A stretch of DNA of 64,000 nt from Lingula anatina (Eukaryota > Animalia > Brachiopoda). The notes under the pieces are model-generated. The model saw only the letters and a program-made list of their open reading frames with translations, was not told where the DNA came from and made no database searches. Position numbers and translations under genes: made by a program. This document shows, piece by piece, positions 1-13,100 of the stretch (positions within the stretch are counted from its first letter, which is position 1; each line of letters opens with the position of its first letter). The stretch is from assembly GCA_051362555.1 (NCBI GenBank), contig CM120643.1, forward strand, positions 8,742,001 through 8,806,000, written 5' to 3'.

Positions 1-1790
1 CATGGGAGTTCAAGTTCACACTTTGAAAATGTAAAACTTCCAGAAAAAGAAGTCAATTAGACTGCTTTTCCAACTCAGGCTGCATTTCAGTCCTGTATTT
101 CTTTTTTGAAAGTTTGGCAATCATAAGTAACATGGTTTTCCCATAATGGTCATCATGGCAGCAGCACCCAAAATTGTGTTTTCTTCTATTCTGATGCAAT
201 ATTACATAATGGTTAACAGCATAATGACAATCAATTTTTAATAACAAAATATATGTATCATGGATTTTCAGAAAATGTGACTAGCCTGGGTCTTCAAGCC
301 TGTGGAACTTCAAAGTCACACCTTGAAAATGCCAATATGTGAAAAATTAAATTTTCACAAAAAAACTGTTTATCTGGCAGATTGCATTGCCTACTGAAGC
401 TGTATTTTAGTCCCATGTTTCTTTCCTGTAAGTTTGAGAACAGTAAGTGACATGGTTTTTCTTAAAAGGTAATCATGGGAGCAGTGCCCAAAATAGTTTT
501 TTTTCAAATTTTGATGCAATGTTACATAATGTTTAACAGCATAATGACCATCAATTTTTAATAATAAAATATTAGTATCATGGATATTCAGAAAATGTGA
601 CTAGCAAAGGTCTTCAGGCCCATGGAACTTCAATGTCACAACTTGAAAATGCCAAAATGTATACAAGACAGCACTGTTCTGAAATGTTTTTTTCCCCATT
701 TTTAACAATTTTTAACATAAAACAAAATTAACAGTTTACTGCCATTTTTACATGATCAACTAAGAAAATTGATGAGATGAGAAAAGTATCAACAGAGCAG
801 TGTTAAATGTCCAATTTCTTCCATTCTGAGATTCTGAACATAGTGAATAATTGAATCTGACAAATTGCAATGATATGAGTTTATTTCCATTTTTGAAACT
901 TTATTACACAATACACGATAACATGTTTACCATCATTTTTACAAAATCAACTAACAATGTTGTAAAGATGCAGGAAATGTCAAACAAACACTTTCACGTA
1001 TCTTATTAGTTTAATAATGAGACTGTTAACATGCCTAAAAATTGAACCTGAGGAAATGTGAAAAAACAGCATACCTTCTAAAATAATGGCACGATTATGC
1101 TGATTTACGAACTCAACCTGCATTTTAGTAAAATTGACCACTCCTGTGACTTTCATGACAATTGGCCCATCTGTTTTTCTTATATTGTGTTTACAGTGTT
1201 GCATATATGCTGAAAAGTGTAAAAAAACAGCATGACTAGTAAAATGGTGGCCCGATCATGCCGATTTTCAAACTTGACCTGCGTTTTAGTAAGATTGATT
1301 ACTCCTGTGAGTTTCATGACAACAGGTCTATCGGTTTTCCTTGAAATGTGTTAACAGTGTTGCATATATGCTGAAAAGTGAAAAAACAGCATAACTACTA
1401 AAATAGTGGCCCGATCATGCCGATTTTCGAACTTGATCTGCGTTTTAGTAAGACTGATTACTCCTGTGAGTTTCATGACAACAGGCCTATCGGTTTTCCT
1501 TGAAATGTGTTAACAGTGTTGCATATATGCTAAAAAGTGAAAAAACAGCATAAATTCTACAATAATGGCCCGATCATGCTGATTTTCGAACTTGACCTGC
1601 GTTTTATGAATATTAGTCAGCTCTGTAAATATAAAGCCAAAAAGTAAAACTGTCTTCCACTTATGGTGTTAACGCTGAAAGTGCACGGCGACGGCGACAG
1701 CGACGGCGACATGATCGGCGACGGCGACGGCGACGACAGACGCAGGTGATGGCAATATGTACAGACACATCTGTGTCTGTACATAAAAAG
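1..1790 (+). mobile_element. Non-autonomous Helentron/HINE-like element with internal tandem repeats (partial)
   Basis: ~320-bp duplicated block (1-660), ~160-170-bp tandem units (1070-1625), (CGACGG)n-like tract 1686-1740, 14-bp-stem hairpin 1756-1785 then an A-run; a homologous copy lies at 21240-22980. Confidence 0.65.
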
Positions 1791-1871
1791 ACAAAAGACA
1801 TATAATGTGCTGTGAGTTTAACAATCAGATGAGATTCAATCATGCATTAACAAACCAACAAAGTCCCCCAC

Positions 1872-4800
1872 CTCCAGTTCCACTGATCCCCCCTGGGTTG
1901 GTGCCCGGGATGACCACAGGGTTGGGTGTGGTCCCCGCCCCAATGATCTGGTTTGTTACCCCAGTAAAGGTGCAGTCTGGTTTCTGACAACAGGAGTCTG
2001 CTGGGTCCGTTCTCATCACACAGCCTGCTGGCAGTGACTGGTATTTCAGGCATCTGAAATATAACAATCAGAATAGATAATAGAAATTGAAATAAAATTG
2101 AACATGTGTCATTAATAGACTGGGTTTGTGTGTATGCGTTTAGTTTTGAAATTAAGGTATATCACCTTATTTTCAAATACTGTTTTTCCAATCACTTATT
2201 TTCATGGAAATTATTCGTAGCTCTTTAAAATATTTATAAAGAATAACATGCAGATTTGTTAAAGCAACAGTCAGACAGATGGAAAATCTTCACAAGACAG
2301 GATCCCATCCAATTTTTCAAGTATACATACTCAGCATTTATCTTTTCATGTAATTACAGACAATATCAAATTGACATCAGATTATCTTCCAAGCAAGGAT
2401 GAGAATGCCTTTGAGTGAATGGGTTGGAGAATATGGCATGGGGTCCAGGAAAGGCGGGTAGGCCAATGATATCTGTTGCTTCCAAAAAGTCAGAAATCCT
2501 CCCATAGCCGGAATGATCTCATCCCTGTCCAAGCCTCTATTTGCCTGTCACAAGTTGGAATATATAGCACGGGGCCCAAGGTACAGTAAAGACAGTAAAG
2601 GCGGAAATCAGCAGACAGCCCGAATGATATCATCCCCATCCAACCCTCTATTACCTGTCTAAGCAGGAGAATCTAGCATGGGGCCCAAAGTACAGTAAAG
2701 ACAGTAAAGGCGGAAATCAGCAGACAGCCGGAATGACCTCATCCCTGTCCAAACCTCTATTTACCTGTCATAACATGTGTACAGTCCCTGGTTGGCATCT
2801 GTGCATTCACAGTATTGGTACTGGCACCCTGGCACCGTCCACCTTTGACCTCCAAGATAAGCCACTCCGTTGTACACACAAACCCCTGCAAGAGAACAGA
2901 GAGAGTGAGACACCACTGAAATGATTCTGGACCATTAAAAGAAGTTTTTACCATGGGTGAAATTTTAGGAAATATCCTGATAACATAGTTAACAATTCAT
3001 CTTCGCATTTAGACTCTATGTCAAAAACGATCAAAATGAAGACTGAAAAACCCTGAAATCAGGTATAATCCTGAAAACTTTCACCCATGAGGGTGACATG
3101 ATGTATGTATATAATTGTACTTGATTATTTAAAATGTTTCTGAAATTTCAATGACTAGTGGAAATCCTGTAGAAGAGAATTAACACAATTATTTGTCATT
3201 TCCATTAAATCATATTGTTTAAGTGTTTTCCAAACTTTCAGAATCAAATGCTATGTCCAGGTTGAACCTTCACACTGCCTAACTGGCCAGATTTAGATAA
3301 ATCTTGATGCACAGACAATTTCAATATAGACAAAAATCAAACTGTGATAGCCTTGAAAACAGAATGAATGAATCTATAAGCTCACTGCTTTCATAGGGAT
3401 TGACAGTGGTAGGTCCTGTGCCTGTGATGACATTGGTCTGCGATGTGAAGTCACAATATGGCTTCTGGCAGCAGGAGTCCTTGGGGTCCACTGCCAGACG
3501 ACAGTTACTGGTCAGACCCGTATATTTCAGGCATCTTCAAACGAAAGAAAAAATGTAAGATGTTTACTCTGTTATAGCATATTTTTATAGAATACAAAAG
3601 GCAGTGGCACCTATGGTTCAGTTTCTCCTTTTCCACTTTATAACAGCGTGCACACCCATTTAAAAACATTAAATTTATATGAACTTCTGGAATTTTCATC
3701 AAAATGTATCACTATCTCCTAACATGCTCCTAATTAACTGTTTAGAAAAACTAAGTGAAATGTTATTCTTTTTTTTTTGAATAAATAACAATCAATAAAG
3801 TTCTGCATTTCACCTCTCAGTGCACTTGTATCTGCCAGTCTGTTCATCCAAACATTCACAGACGTAGTCACAGCCATCCTCCCATTTCTGTCCTTGTCTG
3901 TACTGGCCTCCTTTGTACACACAGTAATCTACACACACAAAAACAAAACATTTTAGAATATTTCCAACTTTTTGAATCTTGTACTTTAAATTGGCCAGTT
4001 TTGTGCAAATATCTGGGATCTAGGGGTAAAACCTTCAACTTTTGAACTTTTTTACACTCATCCTTAAGGCTACTTTGTTATAGATGCACCCACCCAGCAC
4101 CCATCATGTAATGTTCACTTGTTTCTATATTACAAATGCACCCACCCAGCACCCACCATCTGATACTCACTTATGGTTTCCATACTACAAATGCACCCAC
4201 CCAGCACCCGCCATGTGATACTCACTTGTGATTTCCATACTACAAATGCACCCACACCCAGCACCCACCATCTGATACTCACTTATGGTTTCTATATTAC
4301 AAATGCACCCACCCAGCACCCACCATGTGATACTCACTTGTGGTTTCCTTATTACAGATGCACCCACCCAGCACCCACCATGTGATACTCACTTGTGGTT
4401 CCTGTGATAACACCACTGGTTGGAGTAATGCCCACAGGCTGTGTGGGTTGGACAGGACCAAGGGTTCCTGGCTGTGGTCTCAGAGTACATGAAGGCTTCT
4501 GACAACAGGGGTCTGCAGTGTCTTGGACCATCACACACTGCATGGTGCTGGGCAATGATGACAGGTCGTATTTAGGGCACCTAAAAATATTATAGAATTT
4601 TTGTTAGTATACAACAGTTTGAGGTTATATTCTTAATTTATATATAACTGCCATATTTTGCGGCCAATATCATTGAAGTGAGCTAAGACCAGGCCTATAA
4701 AGCACATAAGGCATTTAATATTTTAAAATGTTTTTGTCCATGGAATATTACCCTGCAAATTAGTAACAGGGTGCATAATCACAAGAGAATTCATTGCTAT

Positions 4801-5599
4801 TAAAATTCAATAAAAATAATCAAATAAAAGGATGCCAGACAAAAATTCCATGACTTAATGCAGCAATATAGCAGTATTTTTACCTCCATAACAATTTTCC
4901 CTATGTCAAACATTTCCAATGTTTATAAATCTCATTAAAAAGAGATAATAAAAAAGTGGTGAGGATCACCCAACTTACCTTTCCGTACACTTGTGGAGCC
5001 CTCTGACAGCATCTTCGCACACACAGTTGTACTGGCAGCCATCTTGCCATGTGGCTCCCTGCGCATACTGTCTGCCATTATACACACAGTAATCTAGAAG
5101 ATGAGGAAAATTATCTTAGATTTAATACCAATACAGAGGAGTACTGTCATAGGTTTGCAGCTGTGACAATTCCTGAACCAGACTTTTGGTAATGCTTTTT
5201 TCTCTCAGACACAAACACTGTAGCTTGTTGCTACTCAAACATTTACTAACTAAAAATCCTTATGACCATATATCTAAAATATAACAATATGGCATAAGGT
5301 ATACCAACAAAAATATCCAGATTTGATGAAATAGTGCAGCTACAAACTCACTTCTGTTGCCGACAACAGGTGGAGCTGTAGATGCTACAACGCCAGGTCC
5401 TGGGGTGGAAATTTGGGTGCACTCAGGCTTGGTACAGCAGGCATCCGCGGGATCTTGTACCATACGGCAGTAAGATGGGATATTGGTGTATTTGGGACAC
5501 CTGTTTGTAGAAAAAAACTTTCAGCAGAACATTAAAACAGAGCTATGTATATGTCGATCATTTATCAAAAGTTTTTAATTTCTCTCTCTCTCTCTCTCT

Positions 5600-5641
<42 letters not shown>

Positions 5642-8600
5642 TGTTTGATTTAAAACTCATTCAGCTTGCTGCAACATGAGATAACAAATCAATTTTGAGG
5701 TTGCACTTTGAACTGGAATTCAAAATGTCAATAAGAAATAATTATTACAACTTCGTAAAAAGTACCTCTCTGTACATCTGTACTGTCCTGTTACCTCATC
5801 CACACACACACAGTTGTATGTGCAGCCATCTTGCCAAGTGGCACCCTGTCTATATGTCACTCCATTGTACACACAGTAATCTACAACATAGAATATTCAA
5901 TATATTAAAAGTTGATTATTTATATATATATATATATATATTTTTTACACTGATGGATCCTATAAAAACAAATACATTTTCAGAAATCTACTTTTTGCTA
6001 TAATGTATGGAGTGGTACGTGTTGTTAGCTTAATTTGAGGGTGTAAAAGCAAATAAGTGCGGTCTCTGATTAAAATGTTGATTTTTTTAAAAATCTTATC
6101 AAATTTCCACTATTTTCAAATAGCTGAAGATTGACCTACTTCTGTTGACTGGGTTAGTGGTAACAGTTCCTGGATTTGGTCTTGGGGTGACGTTACCACC
6201 TGGTCTAAATGTCACCACACCTGGCTTCTGAGTCACAACACCTGGGTAAGGTGTCTGGCCTGGTTTGGGGGTCTGTGGGTTAGGATTAGGCTTTTGAGTG
6301 GCTGGATTTGGATTTGTACAGACAGGTTTCTGACAACATGGATCGTTTGGATCTTGTGCGAAGTAGCAATTGCTCGGCAGTTGAGCGTAGCGAGGGCATC
6401 TTAAAATGAAAAAAAAAAATGAAAGAGTTCATGATAAATATGTATGAAAACCAAATAAATGTTGAATTACAATTCATTTTATACTTGTATACTGATAAAA
6501 GACAGCAACAGTCAAATTTTACATTGAATATACTTTACAGAAAATTTAATAATAAAACCTTTTTTTAACCTAAAATTTTAAAGAGAGAAAATTTAAAAAG
6601 CAAACATTGGTGATGTTGTGCAAAAAAAGTACCTCTCTGTGCATCTGTATTGTCCTGTTACCTCATCCACACACACACAGTTGTATGTGCAGCCATCTTG
6701 CCAAGTGGCACCCTGTCTATATGTCACACCATTGTACACACAGTAATCTACAACATAGAATGTTCAATATATCAGATAATGATTGTTAATTGTTCTTACA
6801 CTGTTGGATACTATCACAATAAATACATTTTCTGAAATCTTTATTTTTTTTTTTGCTGTAATGTATGGAGTAATGTTTTTGGTCAAATTTAATGGTGTGA
6901 AAGCCATAATGTGCAGTCTCTGTCTTACAAATTGAATTTTTTACAATCAAATCAAAATATTTACTAGTATTTTCAAATAGCTGAAGATTGACCTACTTCT
7001 GTTGACTGGGTTAGTGGTAACAGTTCCTGGATTTGGTCTTGGGGTGACGTTACCACCTGGTCTAAATGTCACCACACCTGGCTTCTGAGTCACAACACCT
7101 GGGTAAGGTGTCTGGCCTGGTTTGGGGGTCTGTGGGTTAGGATTAGGCTTTTGAGTGGCTGGATTTGGATTTGTACAGACAGGTTTCTGACAGCATGGAT
7201 CATTTGGATCCTGTGCCAAGTAGCAATTGCTTGGCAGTTGAGCATAGCGAGGGCATCTTAAAATGAAAAAAATGAAAGAGATGATAAATATACTGGAAAA
7301 CCAAACAAATGTTGAATTTCACTTAATTTTTACTTGTATACTGATAAACGACAGCAACAGTTAAATGGTATATAGAATATACTTTACAGAAAATTTAATA
7401 ATAAAACCTATTTTTCTAGCCCAAAATTTTTAAGCGAGAAAATTCAAAGAGCAAACATCGGTGATCTCGTGCAAAAATAGTACCTCTCTGTGCATCTGTA
7501 CTGTCCTGTTACCTCATCCACACATACACAGTTGTATGTGCAGCCATCTTGCCAAGTGGCACCCTGTCTATATGTCACTCCATTGTACACACAGTAATCT
7601 ACAAGATAGAATGTTCAATATATCAGATAATGATTGTTAATTGTTCTTACACTGTTGGATACTATCACAATAAATACATTTTCTGAAATCTTTTTTTTTT
7701 TTTTTTTGCTGTAACGTATGGAGTAATGTTTTTGGTCAAATTTAATGGTGTGAAAGCCATAATGTGCAGTCTCCGTCTTACAAATTGAATTTTTTAAAAT
7801 CAAATCAAAATATTTACTAGTATTTTCAAATAGCTGAAGATTGACCTACTTCTGTTGACTGGGTTAGTGGTAACAGTTCCTGGATTTGGTCTTGGGGTGA
7901 CGTTACCACCTGGTCTAAATGTCACCACACCTGGCTTCTGAGTCACAACACCTGGGTAAGGTGTCTGGCCTGGTTTGGGGGTCTGTGGGTTTGGATTAGG
8001 CTTTTGAGTGACTGGATTTGGGTTTTGAGTGGCTGGATTTGGATTTGTACAGACAGGTTTCTGACAGCATGGATCGCTGGGATCCTGTGCCAAGTAGCAA
8101 TTGCTGGGCAGCTGAGCGTAGCGAGGGCATCTTAAAAGAAAAAAATGAAAGAGATGATAAATATACTGGAAAACCAAACAAATGTTGAATTTCACTTAAT
8201 TTTTACTTGTATACTGATAAACGACAGCAACAGTTAAATGGTATATAGAATAAACTTTACAGAAAATTTAATAATAAAACCTATTTTTCTAGCCCAAAAT
8301 TTTTAAGCGATAAAATTCAAAGAGCAAACATCGGTGATCTCGTGCAAAAATAGTACCTTTCTGTGCATCTGTACTGTCCTGTTACCTCATCCACACACAC
8401 ACAGTTGTATGTGCAGCCATCTTGCCAAGTGGCACCCTGTCTATATGTCACTCCATTGTACACACAGTAATCTAAAACAAAGAATATTCAATATATCAGA
8501 AGATGATTTTTTATTTTATTCTTACACTGATGGAGCCTGTTGCAATAAATACATTTTGTGAAATGGAATTTTTTGCTCAAATGTATGGATTGACCTTGTT

Positions 8601-10164
8601 GGTTAAAACTGAGGGTGTAAAACCCACAAAATGCAGTCTCTGGCTTACAAAATGAATTTTCTTTTTTCAAATCATATATTCTAGTTTAAAATAGTTGAAG
8701 ATTGACCTACTTCTGTTGACTGGGTTAGTGGTAACAGTTCCTGGATCTGGTCTTGGGGTGACGTTACCACCTGGTCTAAATGTCACCACACCTGGCTTCT
8801 GAGTTACAACACCTGGGTAAGGTGTCTGGCCTGGTTTGGGGGTCTGTGGGTTCGGATTAGGCTTTTGAGTGACTGGATTTGGGTTTTGAGTGACTGGATT
8901 TGGGTTTTGAGTGGCTGGATTTGGATTTGTACAGACAGGTTTCTGACAACATGGATCACTTGGATCCTGTGCCAAGTAGCAATTGTTTGGCAGTTGAGCG
9001 TAACGAGGGCATCTTAAAATGAAAAAAAAAAAAATGAAAGAGATGATAAATATGTACAAAAAGCGAAATGAATGTTGATGCTTACTTAATTTTATGCTAG
9101 TCTACTGGTATACATAAAGTCAATCTGACTTACACATACACTGATTCCACAATTCTAAATATTTCTTTCAAATTAACCTGGAAGCTCTTGTAAAACAAGT
9201 ACCTTTCTGTGCATCTGTACTGTCCTGTTACCTCATCCACACACACACAGTTGTATGTGCAGCCATCTTGCCAAGTGGCACCCTGTCTATATGTCACTCC
9301 ATTGTACACACAGTAATCTACAACATAGAATATTCAATATATCAAAAATGATTATTTATATTATTCTTACACTGATGGATCCTATAAAAATAAATACATT
9401 TTGTGAAATAGATTTTTTGTTCAAATGTATGGATTGACGTTGTTGGTTAAAATTGAGGGCGTAAAAGCCATAATGTGCAGTCTCTGCCTTTCAAATTGAA
9501 TTTTTTAAATCAAATCATAATATTTTCTACTGTTTTCAAGTAGCTGAAGATTGACCTACTTCTGTTGACTGGGTTAGTGGTAACAGTTCCTGGATTTGGT
9601 CTTGGGGTGACGTTACCACCTGGTCCAAATGTCACCACACCTGGCTTCTGAGTCACAACACCTGGGTAAGGTGTCTGGCCTGGTTTGGGGGTCTGTGGGT
9701 TCGGATTAGGCTTTTGAGTGACTGGATTTGGATTTGTACAGACAGGTTTCTGACAACAAGGATCATTTGGATCCTGTGCCAAGTAGCAATTGCTTGGCAG
9801 TTGAGCGTAGCGAGGGCATCTTAAAATGAAAAAAATGAAAGAGATGATAAATATGTATGAAAACCAAAATAAATGTTGACATTAACTTAATTTTATACTT
9901 GTACATTGATAAAAGACAGCAACAGTCAAACAGCATATAGAATATACTTTGCAGAAAATTTAATAATAAAACCTTTTTTCTAACACAAAATTTTAAAAAG
10001 AGAAAATTTAAAAAACCAAACATTGGTGATCTTGTGCAAAAAATAGTACCTCTCTGTGCATCTGTACTGTCCTGTTACCTCATCCACACACACACAGTTG
10101 TATGTGCAGCCATCTTGCCAAGTGGCACCCTGTCTATATGTCACTCCATTGTACACACAGTAAT
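1872..10164 (-). CDS. VWC-like modules 14-22
   Basis: Six near-identical A exons ([38 protein letters not shown]) and five near-identical B exons ([27 protein letters not shown]...), then three more diverged modules. Confidence 0.88.
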
Positions 10165-13100
10165 CTACAACATAGAATATTTAATATATCAAAGGAAGAG
10201 TATCTGTATTAATGTCACACTAACGGACTGCAATAATTAGGTTCTGTTGAAATCAATTCAATTTCGAAATATCCCTAAAGGCAATCATTACAAATAATGT
10301 AAGTACAACAAATTTGTGGCATATTGCACTCAATAAATTTTTGACATATTGCATCATGTTTTTTTTTTCTTGTTTTTTTAGGGGGGGGGGGATCAATTTA
10401 GGGAGAAAGTTTGGAGGTGTAACAGTGTCTGTTAGACATATTTAAAATTAATGTTGTTACAGTAGTACAAAAAATCAAAATATTATTGGAATGATATTAG
10501 GAAGTTATAGATTCAATCATATTGACATACTTCTGCTGACTGGGTTAGTGGTAACAGCGCCTGGATTTGGTCCCGGAGTGCCATTACCACCTGGAGTTGG
10601 TCTTGGGGTGACATTACCATCTGGATTTGGTCTAAATGTCACCACAACTGGCTTCTGTGTCACCACACCTGGGAAAGGTGTCTGGCCTGGGTTTGGAGTG
10701 ACTGGATTTGTACAGGAGGGAATCTTGCAGCAACGATCATTTGGATCTGTCACCAAAGTGCAAGTAGATGGCAAGTTGGGGTACTGCGGACACCTGAAAG
10801 TTCAACACAAATTTTAACAGTGATCAAGATTAATTTAGCAGATGCAGAAAAAATTAACAGATCTACAGAACACAAGCTAAATTTTATATTTAATCCATGA
10901 ATGTGCCATACATGTTCACTTTTGAAAATAAAATATACACACCAGGGTATCTATGTGATTTAAAGTTCACCTCAAATCATTTTTTCCCACCCTTATTGGT
11001 TTTTAATTAGTGGACTCACCTATCACTGCACCTGTACAATCCTTGGTAACCATCGTAGCAAACACAATCTACAGCACAGCCATCTTGCCACTGCTCGCCA
11101 TGTTGGTAAACTTTGCCCTTATAGACACAGTTACGACCTTGTAGGGAAAAAGAATGAAAATGAAGTTTGCTCCAATTTATGATAAAGTTTTAATTTAATA
11201 CAATATATGCAGTGATTGAAATAAGCAAACCTATTAATTCATTAATTAAGCAAGCAAAATCGTCTCATTTAAAAGAAAATTATGGAAACCAAGGAATATC
11301 AAATTAATTGAAAATTATTCCCACTCACTACAGTTTAGAATCAAAATATATAACATGCAAACCTTTCCTGTTCATGATTTTGAAAGTTGAAGATATGCTC
11401 GCCTTTGTAGGAAAACAATGTAATTGATCAATCAATATATAAGCTGAAAACATTTTACTCTGTACTTAACTTTCATTCAATAGCAAAAATACAAAACAAT
11501 TCTGAATCATCAGATCTCTTCCATCAAACAATCCTGGCAGTGAAAAAAAAAAAAAAAACATGCACAGTCTTCCATCCCTATTTAAAAGACAAGAAAACCC
11601 CTTACTTTGTACTGGTTTCAATGTGGTAGTGGGTCTGAATGGGTTCGGATTCGGGTTTGGCGTGGTCACACCAGGCTGTGGTCCGCAGACCGGGGTCTGA
11701 CAGCAGGCGTCTTTCGGGTCCTGAACCAGCCTGCACCCCTCTGGCATGGACAAGAACTGTGGACATCTGGAGCAAATGATACCGACTCATCGTATCAGTA
11801 TATTGTTATTTTGCCAAATGAATTTATTTATTAATTCATTTTATTTCTGTTCGTTTGGAGGAAAAGGACAAAAAATTAATTATTACCAAGTATACCAGTC
11901 TGAAGACAGTCAGAGATTAATGTGGACCTTACGAAAAATAAGGAAAATGCAAGTGCCAAGGACAGGAAAGCACACAGCTCTACATGACGGGGAGGGAGGA
12001 TCTGGGGACAGAAATTCCACACTAAAATATCTGGATAAATCCAGAAGAGAAATCTCTCTACTGTCTCTCAACTTGCAGAATCAACTTCTCGCCTACACAC
12101 AATTGCACTGTCTCCATTAACTGTCACACCCAGGGTGCAGATAAAACAAATAACAACAAACTAATTGTTTGTGCATTTCTGTTCTGATAGACCAGACTGC
12201 TACTTTCCTCTAAATCAGCCATTTGGCAAGAGGCAAAAAGAAAAAAAAGAAGTTTTCTATATCCTTAACACTCCCTGGCTGTCTTTTTACCCACCTCTTT
12301 TTGCACTTGTAATATCCAGTGGACTCGTCTTCACAGACGCAAGTGTATTCACAGCCGTCCTCCCAACTCTCACCCTGGCGGTACTGAACTTTATTGTACA
12401 GGCAGAAACCTAAATTATAGAAATAAATACTGTATACATACATAATATGCTACTGATTCTTACCATGAGATTTGTGCATGATTGGCATACACACACCAGT
12501 TTAAGTATTTCAGGAGAGGGAGGGTAAAAATTTGGAACAAAAAGAGGGCAACAAGAACTTTTAATTGTCAATTTTTTTACATTTGATTTACCATCAAGCA
12601 CCATAGTATATCAAATCCCCCTAGGACATTTTTTTAAATTCCCAGCAATGTTCAGAACTTAAAGATACCCCGTCCAAGATTTTCTCAATATATCCTTTGG
12701 GAAGATTGCTCAAAGGCAGACAGTATCTCTTTAACTGTCCAACTCACCAATGTAGCCTGGTCTTGGGCTTATTACTGGTCTTCTGGTGGTCACTCCCGGG
12801 TTTGGCCTCACAGTGTTTGGGCCAGGAGTCTGCTGGCCTGAAGAGACATTTTAGGTAAAGGATAAAATGTAGAGATCAAATAAAGAAAATACAGACATAA
12901 AACAATGAAATAAAATATGTGTCTGTGCATTAAAATAGTCTTTTTATTATTATTTTTAATCTATACTAGAATTTTTTTTATACTACTATAGTGAATGGTC
13001 ATGTTTTAGGGGCAGTTGAATGTAATGTTCAAAAAATGGTATTACCTGGGTTGGGACCCACACTAGGGTTGGGACCCACACTGGGGTTGGGGTTAGGGCC

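Noticed and set aside
1661-1843. Arg-rich protamine-like ORF
   Set aside because: Translation of the (CGACGG)n tract at the end of the HINE-like element.
5695-9437. Repeated plus-strand ORFs [16 protein letters not shown]...
   Set aside because: Reverse-complement readings of the duplicated A exons.
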